64,000 nucleotides of DNA, taken from contig OX597814.1 of NCBI GenBank assembly GCA_951406725.2, positions 18,600,001 through 18,664,000 of the forward strand, written 5' to 3'. How positions within the stretch are numbered: the stretch's first letter is position 1; each line of letters opens with the position of its first letter. The translations under genes and the position numbers were made by a program. This DNA comes from Octopus vulgaris (Eukaryota). The notes beneath the pieces were generated by a model that had not been told where the DNA came from, did no database searches, and saw only the letters and a list, made by a program, of their open reading frames with translations. Of this stretch, positions 1 to 14,344 are shown one piece after another.

Positions 1-29
1 ATATACACACACATATATATACATATATA

Positions 30-481
30 TGACGGGCTTCTTTTAGTTTCCGCCTACTAAATCCACTCACAAGGCTTTGGTCGGCTCGCGGCTATAGTAG
101 AAGATACTTGACCAAGATGCCACGCAGTGGGACTGAACCCGGAACCATGTGGTTGGTTAGCAAGCTACTTACCACACAGCCACTCCTGCGCCTATTGGTC
201 TCATTTGCCGAACTGCTAAGTTACGGGGACATAAACACACCAGCATCAGTTGTCAAGCAATACTAGGGGGACAAACGCAGACACACAAACATATACATAC
301 ATATATATACATATATATGACGGGCTTCTTTTAGTTTTCGTCTACCAAATCTACTCACAAGGCTTTGGTCGGCCCGAGGTTATAGTAGAAGATACTTGAC
401 CAAGATGCCACGCAGTGGGACTGAACCCGGAACCATGTGGTTGGTAAGAAAGCTACTTACCACACAGCTACTCCTGCGCCT
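30..481 (-). mobile_element. Two adjacent partial copies of tRNA-derived SINE family A
   Basis: Reverse complement gives the head GGCGCAGGAGTGGCTGTGTGGTAAGTAGC...GGGTTCAGTCCC (A/B-box-like) twice; the same family recurs more than 15 times in the window. Confidence 0.85.
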
Positions 482-953
482 ATATATCGAGAGAAAAAAA
501 TTGGTGCTCATGTAACTAAACATTTCGCTCTTTCGAGTAATATATATTAACGTATGAAACTTATGTGCAATAATGTAGATAGCACTACAGGAAATTTGTG
601 TACACTATTGTTGATCTCTTGCTGTTGTAGCTGCAGCTGCTGTTTCTGTTGTCATTCTTATATACTTTTAAAATATTAACCAGAATGCCAACATCAGGAT
701 TTTTGCTAAATATCTGACAAAAATCATTTATCACTGCTATTTGCAGCTCCGACTTTTATCTTTTATTTTGCCTCAGTAATTGGACTGTTGTCATACTGAG
801 GCATTGCCTGGAATGGTTTGTTCCAACAAATTGATATTAGTACTTATTTTTAAAGTCTGCGACTTATTCTATGTTGCATTTTCTCCAACCGCTATACTAC
901 ACAGACACAAGGAAACCAACACCGGTTGTCAATGGTGGTGAACAAACCCACAA

Positions 954-987
<34 letters not shown>

Positions 988-1016
988 GTATATGTGTAAG
1001 TATATATATATGTATG

Positions 1017-1081
<65 letters not shown>

Positions 1082-1157
1082 CACATTCATACATACACGA
1101 CGGACTTCCTCGCAGTTTCTATCTACCAAAGTCACTCACTGAGCATTAATCGTAGAA

Positions 1158-1420
1158 GACTACAGTGGAGAAGGCTAGCCACTGGATTTAGTTAAAAAGA
1201 GACGATGAGCGATGGCTAGAATAATATTGAGCTTTATTTGATAACCAGCTGATCTAGCAAGCGGGGCCTCATATCAGTGGGGGTGGGGGGTGCGCATTGA
1301 TGCCGTCGAGAGGTAGGCCCCGAAACGGCGTGCATTCTCTCCTGATGACTCCATACACTTGCTGGCTTCTGGTATGCCGTGACTGGCAGCACTTGCATGT
1401 GCAAGTTGTTTGCAAGACAT
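1158..1420 (+). mobile_element. Short 3' end of Hero-like RLE non-LTR retrotransposon
   Basis: Encodes TTVEKASHWI*LKRDDERWLE followed by a 3'UTR; near-identical to the reverse complement of 19047-19318. Confidence 0.8.
1263..1348 (+). ncRNA. Candidate non-canonically ordered (pseudoknotted) hammerhead-like motif in Hero 3'UTR
   Basis: GCCGUC-GAGAG (1302-1312), AGGCCCC-GAAA-CGGC (1315-1329), CUCUC-CUGAUGA (1337-1348); upstream GGGGCCU (1263-1269) complements AGGCCCC. Confidence 0.5.
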
Positions 1421-1449
1421 CCTAAGGTTCTAAGCCTGAACCCATTTCT

Positions 1450-1805
1450 TTATCTTTTATCTTTTACTTGTTTCAGTCGAGCAAATCGACCCCGGGACTT
1501 ATTCTTTGTAAACCCAGTACTTATTCTATCGGTCTCTTTTTGCCGAACCGCTAAGTTACGGGGACGTAAACACACCAGCATCGGTTGTCAAGCAATGCTA
1601 GGGGGACAAACACAGACACACAAATACACATATATATATATATACATATATACGACAGGCTTCTTAGGGTTTCTGCCTACCAAATCCACTCACAAGGCAT
1701 TGGTCGGCCCGGGGCTATAGCAGAAGACACTTGCCCAAGATGCCACGCAGTGGGACTGAACCCGGAACCATGTGGTTGGTTAGCAAGCTACTTACCACAC
1801 AGCCA
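1450..1805 (-). mobile_element. SINE family A
   Basis: Matches family consensus including internal microsatellite and 3' GACTGAAACAAGTAAAAG tail (reverse complement). Confidence 0.85.
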
Positions 1806-2486
1806 TTTGGTCACAATGAGAATTTCTAAACTACCCAGTTATATCATCGCCGATATGAAAAAAAAATGCGTACTTAAATGTATAGTACATACTGTTTTGC
1901 ATTTATTGTATAAATCTATATTAAAATGTACTGAATATAATGCTGAAAATATATCGTGCTTGATAAGAATGCTTTATTTGAAATCTAATTGTGAACAATA
2001 TTAACACTGTATAATCAAATGCTTAAGTCACTAATTTTCAACAGTGTTGATTAAACAGCGTATTAGCAAAAGAACGCATTTCAGACTATTTAATATATTT
2101 GAAGATGAAAGTGTATAGCGATTGGGTAAAGTAGGAGATAGAGAAAGGTGTAGATAAAAGGCGAGAGACAAAATGAGTGGGAGTGTGGAGAAATTTAAGT
2201 AAGTTTGTGAGGAATAAAGGAAAAGAGGGTTCAGAAGGTATATTTATGGACGAATGCGCAAGTGCGTGCGTTAGTACGTACATGCGTAGTACGTACATGT
2301 GTAGTACGTACATGCGTAGTACGTACATGAGTGTTCACATACTTGTGAACACTCTCTATAAAATGCAGAAAAATGCACGCCGACAAACATTTACATTCTT
2401 ACGTATACACCCACAAACTCTCTTTCTCTCCTACTTTCTGTGTCTCCTGCGGTCTCCCCCTCTCATTTTGTGTATGCGTATATAAG

Positions 2487-2529
<43 letters not shown>

Positions 2530-2652
2530 ATACATGCACACATATACATATACGTATACATACATATATATGTACGTATGTATGTGTGTATATGTTTGCA
2601 TACGTGAGTATGTATGTATACGTATATGTATGCATATATATATATGTATATG

Positions 2653-2771
<119 letters not shown>

Positions 2772-2796
2772 GTATATGTGTGTGTGTATATATATG

Positions 2797-2832
<36 letters not shown>

Positions 2833-4532
2833 CGAGGAGAGGAAGAGAGGGAGAAAGCCTCTATCTTTCTATGGCTGGATGAGCTAAGAGGATGAAGTCA
2901 TATACATAAACACATAAAAATATACAAATATGTGAGTGCTTGCGTCTGTACGCGTTTGCGCATGTGCGCGTGTGTGTGTGTCTGTATGCAGGACAAAGAG
3001 AGTTGTAACAAAGCGATATAGAAAGAGAATGGAGGAAGAGCGAGAAATAGAGATAGAGAAAGCGAGAGAGAGAGGGGGTAATAGAAGACGAGAATGAAAG
3101 AAAAAGAGAAAGAAAGAGTGATCTAAGTTCATTGATCATTGATTATCAATTGCTGCCAGTAATAGTCTTGTGAAATGGCATATCTGCAGGCCACGCTATT
3201 TTTTTCTGCTCCAGTAGATACTCAGTTTCTGAACAGATAAAGAATGAAAAATCCCGCTATTTCCATCAAAACACTAATATGCTATGGCAGTTAACATAAT
3301 TTTTACACTTCATTTCATCACTTAGCCTGAACTCAACCGAGTACATTAAGCGATAGATGACATAATCCGTGAGATTTCATCCTTCAAATGATTCTGTCTA
3401 ACAGCCGATTCCAATATTACCATCCATATATCGGTAGCTGCTTTTGTATTAAAGCAAAAATAGAAAAATATATCTTAGGCCTGAAATATCCATTTTACTG
3501 ATAACAATATTCCTACTAGGATTAAATTCAAGTTTAAAATATTGATTTTTTTTTTTTTTTTTTAGGTAAAGACAGGAGGAAAAGAGAAGAAGAGCAGACA
3601 GAGAAAGAGAGTGAATGAGTGATAGAGTAAAAGGACGTGAGCGACTCAAATTGACTCAGAGTGTTACTGTATTACTTGCTTGTTGTTTTGAGAAGCCTTA
3701 CAGCCGGCGAAATGCTTTTGAAAATCTCTACGTGTTAGAAATAGCAAACAATTTCCTTGAAATTACAAACTAGCTTTGTTTAAAAAATTGATATAATCTT
3801 AGAGAGAGTTTGTCGGAATTATGTTAGATAAGATAACACTTGATTAAACTTTACTAAATAACAATTATTATAATCAACTCGTGCGACTGTGCATCAGAAG
3901 TACCATCAGAAGTACCATCAGAAGTACCATTAAAATGTCAATGAAGTATGGCATGTAGTTATCTCCCTTTACAAACTAGTCGACATTTTCTTTTTTCATT
4001 TGAGAGTAGATGATAAGTACCAGTAATGTGTTGAATAGGCTTAACCGATATCCCCTTTTCTTATTCCTACGCCTATAATAGGATTTACTGCTGAACAAAT
4101 ATTGCACTATGTTCATATACATTTTTTTTTTAAATCAGGAATTTACAAAAGTGACTCAATGTCTGATGTACAAACATAACAAAATTCGATTACTGAAGGC
4201 AAGTTAGCTGTTGTATTAAGTTCTGAATTGTAAGGTCGTGGATTCGGCTTCTGGACCGAAGATCGCTTTGTGCTCATAGCCAAGGCATTTCACTTTACCA
4301 TGTACGTCTACTACAATGTGGCAACACAAATACAAAAGGTCAACGAACATTCAATTCCCCGATACATTCGATGACGGTGTTAATGATTATGATGGTGGTG
4401 GTGGTGGTGGTGGTGTTGGTGGTGTTGGTGGTGGTGGTGAAGATGATGATGATGATTTTAATGAGCCCAGAGCGATGAAACACAAGATGCAAAGAATTTA
4501 AAATTTACAAATAAAATATACAATAAAATATA

Positions 4533-4905
4533 CAGACGCAGGAGTGGTTGTGTGTTAAGAAGCTTGCTTCCCAGCCACGCAGTTCCGGGTTCAGTCCTAC
4601 TGCGTGGCACCTTGAGCAAGTGTCCTCTCCTATAGGCTTGGGCCGACCAAAGCCTTGTGAGTGGACTTAGTAGACGAAAACTGAGAGAAGCCCGTCGTAT
4701 ATGTGTGTGTGTTTGTTTGTGTGTCTGTGTTTGTCCCCCCACCATCACTAGACAACCGATGTTGGTGTGTTTACGTCCCCATAACTTAGCGGTTCAGCAA
4801 AAGAGACCGATAGAATAAGTACTAGGTTTACAAAGAATAAGTTCTGGAGTCGATTTGTTCGACATAAAGGCGGTGCTTCTGTCAAATAACTGAAACAAAT
4901 AAAAG
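4533..4905 (+). mobile_element. SINE family A, near full length
   Basis: Head GCAGGAGTGGTTGTGTG...GGGTTCAGTCC through tail CTGAAACAAATAAAAG. Confidence 0.85.
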
Positions 4906-6697
4906 AATATGTAATAAAAGAATATGTTTTGCCGAGTGCTGTAACAATGTACTGCAATACATATTTCAAGAATTGGCAGGCAGATTGGGAGAACCCCTGG
5001 GTGGGAAAATACCTTATGCTATTTAATTGTGTACCTTTATATTCTGAATTCAAATACCACTGTGGTCGACTTTACCTTTCTACCAGTGAAACATTGGAGT
5101 CGGTTTTATCGTCTATATTATTTCTCACTGCCTATCCTTGTACCAAAATTGGAAATCAATTTTTCACCTCTTTCTATATCAAGTCGGTTAACGAGTTTTA
5201 GTAACTTTCTTGACAAGCACTAAGTGTCTATGAAATCTTTGTGAGAGAATACAAATTGTATTACCAGTTGCCAATCTTTCGGGCTTTATTTTGCAAGACA
5301 CCATCATATCCGCATGAGCCAACTGTAAGAGAGATACAACGATAAAGAAAGAATATAATTAATCTAGCACAAATCTAATGCTTTAATTGCTATCCCCAAA
5401 TCAATGGAAAAAAAACGAGGTAACCACTAAAAGTTCTGCCTGCTGGTAGAAGTTTTAGCACGTAGCGGAAAATGCTTAGTGGCATTTCGGTCGTATTTGT
5501 GTTCGAGGTCGACTTTTATCCTTTTGGTCAATGGGGTCAATGGAATCATGGCCATGTACCAAAATTTGAAACCAATATTAATATAAAGAGCAAGGACAAA
5601 ATAGAATTGGTTTGGCATCAGATAGGATGTTTTACGAAATTTATTTACAATTCTGTACTGTCTAAGTATGAAAACTTTTTCATTTTTAAAAATCTTTTCC
5701 GTTTCGATTACATAAAAACAATCAGCCAGGTAAAGTGGGCATATGGCTGCCTATACTAAACCCCGTATAATCTTTAGATTTCTCTTCATGTAACAAGCCA
5801 AAGTGCTTAGGACTGTTCAATAACATAAGATACAGATAAAATATTGCTTCTGCTGCATGTCCCCAATTACCATTCAACTGTCCAGCTAACAGCAACATGA
5901 GTGATTTTTCAGTTACTGTATCACTGACGATAGATGTGGATTTAGAATGTAGCTGCTAGTGAGTACTTTTTATTGACGAAGCCTAAGGAGACAGAAGTTC
6001 ACAACAGTAAATACTACCACAGCTACTGGCCGATTTTCTGCAGCTAATCATGTATTTTGTGTCATTTAACAATGTATGTCAATAGGAGATATTTCGGGAC
6101 GAATACAGCAGTTAATTAGGAGTTCGGTGACGTATTTACATTAAGTACGATACACAGATTACTATATAAAATTAAGTATTAAACTTATATGAGACATGAC
6201 ATTGGATAGCAACGCGCACACACATACACACAAATACATATTATATGTATAGAAACACATACACACACATATATATGTGTGTGCATGTGTGTATATATAT
6301 GTGTATATATATATGTGTATATATATATATGTGTGTATATATATATATATGTGTTTATATATATACCTTCATTTATACATATATACATATATATGCACAC
6401 ATATACCCACATATATTCATGCATATATAGACATGAATTTATACATATATACATACATATGTGTCTGAGTATGCATATATAGGGGGCTAAAAATAGCTTC
6501 TATATATGAAGTGACGTCATACATAGGGTGTGTCACCGACCTTGGACTATGTCATTAAATTTTTGTCCCTGTCTCCCTTATCAAGAATGTTTAATTTGTG
6601 AAAGTTATTGAATTTTTAAATTTTCATTCTTTTTACGATAAAGAAATCAATAAGACTGTATAAGACTGTTTCGTTACAAAATTGTGGTGGTGACACT

Positions 6698-6735
<38 letters not shown>

Positions 6736-6869
6736 TTTGTATGCTTGAGTATGTATATGTATATAAATATATATACATATATATATTTTTTTTTTTTTCA
6801 TTTTGTTTTTTCTAGTTTCAGCTCACGAGCTGTGGCCATGCTGGGGCACCGCCATTTGAATTGTATCCC

Positions 6870-6957
6870 CAATTTGGTAGCAACCAAATGTAGGACTCGA
6901 ACCCATATCCATTAAAGCCCCCGAGCTGAGTGCTTTACCATTACGCTAAACCGCCCG

Positions 6958-6960
<3 letters not shown>
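6870..6960 (-). pseudogene. tRNA-like sequence (SINE head or tRNA pseudogene)
   Basis: Minus strand has TAGCGTAATGG (A box) and GGTTCGAGTCC (B box); no convincing cloverleaf. Confidence 0.4.
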
Positions 6961-7050
<90 letters not shown>

Positions 7051-7232
7051 CATATATATATATACATATATATATACATATATATGCATATATATATATA
7101 TAAACACATATATATATGCATATATATAAACATACATATATATAAAACTATATATATGTGTGCATATATATACATATATATATACATGCACACAGATGTA
7201 CATATATATATACATATATAAATATATACATG

Positions 7233-7314
<82 letters not shown>

Positions 7315-7660
7315 GAGTGAGAGGGGTAGAGAGAGAAAGAGAGAGCTAAGCGTATCGTGTTATTTTTTTATCAAACCAAGTTCAGTACTTCTGTCCCCTA
7401 TATGTTTTAGCTTCATGAGGTAGCGAAAAGAATAAAAAAACAAGAGTGAATTGGAAAGAATAGGAATTAGACAATATCAAGGCAACATCTCACCAGTAGT
7501 GCCAGCATATAGAACCATCATATCCAGCTGTTGCGTAGCTAGATTTTTCCATCCACTTAGAAAAAAAAAACCCATCCGGGCTGCGCAGTAGTAATAGAAA
7601 AATATAACCGTAGAATATAGAAAGAACAGCAATGCAGTCAGTTAACACAATATATGCAGT

Positions 7661-7828
<168 letters not shown>

Positions 7829-7889
7829 CACATATATATATACATATATATACATATATATATATACATATATATACACATATATATAT

Positions 7890-7920
<31 letters not shown>

Positions 7921-7940
7921 CAAATATATACATATATACA

Positions 7941-7982
<42 letters not shown>

Positions 7983-9102
7983 AATATACATACATAAATA
8001 CATACATATGTGTATGTGTTTAGCTATGTATATATATTTATGTCTAATTTTTTCCCAATTTTTCTTTTTTTTTTTTCTTCATCGTTAAATTCTTATTTTT
8101 ATCACTGTTAATTGTTTTTTTGATATTTAAATGATATTTTCTACTTGCTTCAGCATTTTTATAATTTAATATGCGCATGTGGTGCTTATGTGCATATACA
8201 CATACAAATATAATACAAAAATCATGTGCATATATATATATGTATGTAGATACACATATTGCGAATTTATATGCATACATACATATATACGCATATTACA
8301 AATTTCATATATTCATGTGTATGTGTATGTGTGAGCGTGCATGTGCCCGCGCCTACGTGTATATGTGTATCTGAGGGTTCTTGTAAGATTGGTTGCATGC
8401 ACACATGTACATATACATCTCGGCTGTTTTTTTTTGCTCATTATTAATACTACTTTATTTATAAATTTATTCATTCATTCATTTATTTATTTATTTCTAA
8501 AATAACTACTAAAGTAGAAGTGTTCCGTTGACAGCGCTAATGTTACGTCAATCATTGAACTTTCACGGAGAACTCTTGTCATCCGCAGTCAATCCGGCTA
8601 TTGAGAAATACAAGATGAAGTGCGGATTGTCTCTGGCGGCCCTTTTTCCAATCCATTCAGAAACGGCTGCTCCAAATGATCTCGTAGACGTTGATTGGCG
8701 AATAGGTGAAACTGCAAGGCGAAAGAACAAGAGAAAAGTTCAGCGATAGTGACACGTACGCACATATTCTCTCTTATACATACATATATTGTCATAAACG
8801 CACCTAGACACATGTACACATCCGCACGTACGTACGTACGTACATACATACATGCATGTACGTACGTACGTACATACAAACATGCATGTGTTCAAACATA
8901 CGCGTTCAATCATAAATAGACTTCATACATACATACACATATACATAAATACATGCATACATACATACATGCATACATACATGCATACATACATACATAC
9001 ATACATGCATACATACATACATACATACATACATACATACATACATACATACACACATATACAAACATACATCTATATGCGCATGTATGTGAGTGTGTTT
9101 GT

Positions 9103-9156
<54 letters not shown>

Positions 9157-10042
9157 GGGAAGAGGGTCTGAGAGAGAGAGAGAAAGATAGTAGGTTGAAG
9201 AGAGGCTGAAAGTGAAAGTGCGATTGTGTCTGTGCGTGACACAAACACTCGTACGTACGATTCTGTGTATACGCATCTGCGAGTGCGTATGTGTTTATGT
9301 GTGTGTTTGTATGTGTGCGTGTTTGTGCGTATGTATGTGTGTGTGTGTGTGTTTGTGGATGTTTGTGTGTGTGTACGTTCATTTCATGTGTGTACATGTG
9401 TATAGAATGAAATGGAATGTAAGAGAGCATTATCTATTCAAAGAATTTCAAAAATATCATTTAAATATTCTATGGTTAACCCACGTTCTTTCAGCTATTA
9501 CTTCTCTTTTCAGTTCTCTTTTATTCTTTCTATATTCCACATATGTATAAATGTCTTTGTATAAGTATGTATGCAAATGTGTGTGTGTGTGTGTGTGCGT
9601 CTGTGCATACGTATATCTTTGTTGTGTTTGTATCTGTGCATACATATATCTGTATGTGTGTGTTTGTGTGTGTGTGTGTGCGCGTCTTTAATTTCTGCAT
9701 GCCGAAAGAAGGCTTTGGGACGCAAATCTTTCAGAAGAATTTCACTCGACAAATCCTAGTCTCTGACATCGATGATTTTCTGGTTAGATTTCAACTTTAG
9801 AAGGGAAAACAATTCTTCAAGAGCAAAATCTAGAACAGTCACCTCGTGCTTTGCCCAAAATTGAATGTGTAGCGACACATAAGCCTAGATAGCATTTTTT
9901 TTTTTTTTAAAGTTTCAGCCATGATTGAGGTAGCATCCCGGAAAAAGGAAATGCACTCTGCCTCATTTAAAGGCCTTGGGAAACCCATGTACAACATATC
10001 ATTATTATTCTCCCAAAGATTAATGAAAAAGATGGATGGAAG

Positions 10043-10413
10043 CATTCCGTCGGTTACGACGATGAGGGTTCCGAATCAACGGAACAGCCTGCTCGTGAAA
10101 TTAACGTGTAAGTGGCTGAGCACTCCGCAGACACGTGCACCCTTAACGTAGTTCTCGGGGATATTCAGCGTGACACGGAGTGTGACAAGGCCGGCCCCTT
10201 GAAATACAGGTACAACAGAAACAGGAAGTAAGAGTGAGAGAAAGTTGTGGTGAAAGAGTACAGCAGGGATCACCACCATCCCCTGCCGGAGCCTCGTGGA
10301 GCGTTTAGGTGTTTTCGCTCAATAAACACTCACAACGCCTGGTCTGGGAATCGAAACCGCGATCCTATGACCACGAGTCCGCTGCCCTAACCACTGGGCC
10401 ATTGCGCCTCCAC
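10043..10413 (-). mobile_element. tRNA-derived SINE family C/D
   Basis: Minus head GGAGGCGCAATGGCCCAGTGGTTAGGGCAGCGG...GGTTTCGATTCCC; body shared with 17640-17925, 33500-33692 and 50937-51255. Confidence 0.8.
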
Positions 10414-10796
10414 TAATGAAAAGAACCTATTAAATGATACTATTCGAATTGAATAGGAAGTTCAAATTCTCCGCAGTTACCGTGGAGAAAAAATCTGTTT
10501 AAATGTTAAAGGCGTAAAAACACTATATCTGCCCAGAGTTGTCCCCCTATTGGATTCACAGATTCATTTCCAGCTTTTTAGTCGTTATTTCACATTGACA
10601 GCAGCTAAAGAGCCCAAATCGCGTCTGGAAATCCGATAGGGGGGGGGGCACTACCCAGAAATGGTGTTTTTACTCTAAGAGAAAAATTTCTTAACCCTCA
10701 ATAATCGCAGAGAATTTGCGTTTAGAAGTTGAAATATATAACAAGCATATTTTAATTCACCTAAAGTTCGCCTATACCTAAACGCACTTAGATACT

Positions 10797-10973
<177 letters not shown>

Positions 10974-11043
10974 GATGGATGGATCGATCGATCGATCGAT
11001 AGACAAACACACACACACACAAACATGCACACAAATACACACA

Positions 11044-11119
<76 letters not shown>

Positions 11120-11120
<1 letters not shown>

Positions 11121-11430
11121 GGAGGCGTAATGGCCCAGTGGTTAGGGCAGCGGACTTGCGGTCGTAGGATCGCGATTTCGATTATCTGACTGGGAGTTGT
11201 GAGAGTTTATTGAGCGAAAACACCTAAAGCTCTACGAGTCTCCTGTAGGGAGTGGTGGCGATCCTTGCTGTTCTCTTTCACTACAACCTTCTCTCACTCT
11301 TTCTTCTGTTGGCCTGCTCGCTTAGCCATCGGGGTGGCGGCATTTGAAGGCTGAATCAATGCGAAGCGCATTGTGACCAGCGATGTGTAGCAACATCTGA
11401 TAGCCTGGTCGGTCACGTGATCACATGATA
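11120..11430 (+). mobile_element. tRNA-derived SINE family C/D variant
   Basis: GGAGGCGTAATGGCCCAGTGGTTAGGG head, same as 10413 (-), with a different 3' part. Confidence 0.75.
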
Positions 11431-12395
11431 TATATATATATATATATATATATCACAGTTTAGGTTAGTTGAAATATGTTGGTCACATGTTTCTACTGCC
11501 AAATGTCACATGTTTCTAAGGCAAATACGCTACAGTTACCGTGGAGAAAAAAAAGTTTCTCTTATGATAAAAAGTTGGGAAAACCCTCAGTTCATTTAGT
11601 GGGTTTTATTCAGTCAAAAATAAGAGACAAACATATTTCAACTAACATAAATTGTGATTATACGTAAGCACTGCTTTATGCCATTACGTCGTTATATATT
11701 TATTTATATATATTACATGATCACGAAATCTACCACACTATCGGATGTTGCTATACATTACTGGTCACAATGCGCTTTGCATCGTTTCAGATTTCGGATT
11801 ATCCCACCCCACTGGCCAGGTAAGGAAGTTAAAACATTTCCCCTGATTGGAAGGCTAGCCCATTACAGGATTTACTAATTTACATCATAATGAAGAGGAA
11901 CAACGTGAAAAAGAAGTGTTTTGCTCAAGGACACAATGCCTAGCCGATCCAGGAATCGAACCCACGATCACCAACTTTAGTGTAACATGCCTAACCATTA
12001 AGTCACGCGCCTTCACATGCACATATATGCATAAGCGTTGTGCATGTGCGTGCGCATGTGCATCAGCTGACATGGTTTTGTTTGGAGGTATAAATGTGAA
12101 GAAAAAACAAATGTTATTATATGTTAACTATAAGCAGATGTAATTCTTTCTTGAAATTCAATCAAAATAGCTGAAATTCCAGGTGATAAGTAATAATCCA
12201 CCTATAGACAACTATCACGTTGATTCTTCCTAATTATTTCAGTTTAGTTACGTAAAAAAAATGCACCTGGAAAAGCCTGGAACTTATGCAATCTTATACT
12301 TCATAATTCCTCCAGTAAAATGTTTGACTATGTATATATGTAATATGCAAGAAATGTTCACAGACACGCATACATGCACATGCACATATACAGAT

Positions 12396-12502
<107 letters not shown>

Positions 12503-12558
12503 GATGTATATACGTTTGTGTATTTGTGTGTATGTATGTACGTATGTATGTATGTATG

Positions 12559-12603
<45 letters not shown>

Positions 12604-12604
12604 G

Positions 12605-12667
<63 letters not shown>

Positions 12668-12897
12668 ATTTAAAAGATGGATCCCAGTTACATATATCTA
12701 AATTTCCGTTTAGACTTGAAGCAACATTGTGAGCATAATCTCTCCAAAAGCAATATGTAGAACTAAAGTCAAAAGTTGGAAACAGCACTGCTCCAGGCAG
12801 TTCGTGATGAAAATGGAAAGAATGTATAACCGCAGTAAGTCAGTCCCATCATCCACTGCATCATCACTGCAGTAGTAGTAGTAGTAGTAGTAGTAGC

Positions 12898-12939
<42 letters not shown>

Positions 12940-12948
12940 TTATGTTGC

Positions 12949-12988
<40 letters not shown>

Positions 12989-13439
12989 GAAGTACGAGAA
13001 AAGCAGCAGCAAGAAAAAGAACTACAACAACAGCATTATAACAAGGATGTGGTAGAAGTGGAGGAGGAGGAGGAAAACGATGACGACAGTTTATGTGCAA
13101 CTGCAAAATAAATAGATGAGTTCGTTGTATTATTTATAAGATCTGATGTAACAAAATTAGCGAACACTACAGAATTGGTAATAGCTTGCGTGTGTGTGTG
13201 TTTTTTTTTTATCGCTTAGTCACGGAAAGAAGGGCTGTAGTCTCCGACCCTTTACGACTCCTCTGTCACTAGTAGGAGAAAAAAGAAGTTATCTTAAGAC
13301 AGGAGACCTAAATAAAATGGATTTCAATAAAAACATCCATGTAACTTGTGGCAGTGTTAGACGCCTTTAATCTTCGTCTCAAAGATGGGAGCTACCCTTT
13401 CCAAAAGAATATCACATAGTTTCTGTTAAGTAGTAGGAG

Positions 13440-13765
13440 TAGGTGTAGGAGTGGCTGTGTGGTAAGTAGTTTGTTTACCAACAACATGGTTCCGGGTTCA
13501 GTCTCACTGCTTGGCATCTTAGCCTCGGGTCGACCAAAGCTTTATGAGTGGATTTGGTAGACGGAAACTGAAAGAAGCCCTTCGTATATATGTCTATATA
13601 TATATGTGTGTGTGTCTGTGTTTGTCCCCCCAACATCGCTTGACAACCGATGCTGGTGTGTTTACGTCGCCGTAACTTAGCGGTTCGGCAAAAGAGACCG
13701 ATAGAATAAATTTGCTCCACTAAAGGCGGTGCTCCAGCATGGCCACAGTCAAATGACTGAAATAA

Positions 13766-13775
<10 letters not shown>
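13440..13775 (+). mobile_element. SINE family A
   Basis: Matches family A. Confidence 0.85.
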
Positions 13776-13805
<30 letters not shown>

Positions 13806-13949
13806 TTTCCACAATTTGGACGACGCAGATGAGTCTTGCATTGGGAGCTTGTCCGAAGTTTGCTTCAGATGTCTATGAAGCTAAATTCATAAAAAGAATA
13901 CCAAGTCTACGCTCATTGTAATAGCAATTAGTGCATCGTTTTCCTAGCA

Positions 13950-14255
13950 CACCGGTTATGACGACGAGAGCTCCAGTTGATCCGACAAACGGAACAGCCT
14001 GCTCGTGAAATCAACGTGCACATGGCTGGGCAATCCAGAAGCACGTGTACTCTTATCGCAGCTCTCAGGGATATTCAGCGTGACACAGAATGTGACATGG
14101 TTGGCTCTTTGAAATACAGTTACTATTCTTACCAGCTGAGCAGACTTGGGGCAGCGGGAAAATAAAGCGTTTTGCTCAAACATAACTCGTCGCCGGGAAT
14201 TGAACACACGTACGTACGATCGTGAGCCAAATACCGTAACCACTAAACCACGCAC
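13950..14255 (-). mobile_element. SINE family C/D, diverged
   Basis: Shares CGGAACAGCCTGCTCGTGAAAT body and a tRNA-like head on the minus strand. Confidence 0.7.
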
Positions 14256-14344
14256 GTTGTCGTACAATAATATTGATAAAGTAAGGAAATAGAATAGCTA
14301 GAACAATCTTCAAGTTTGTTATAGTATTCATTATAATTATCGAT

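Noticed and set aside
8528-8749. 73-aa non-repetitive ORF
   Set aside because: Non-ATG start, no recognisable family, no clear splice sites.
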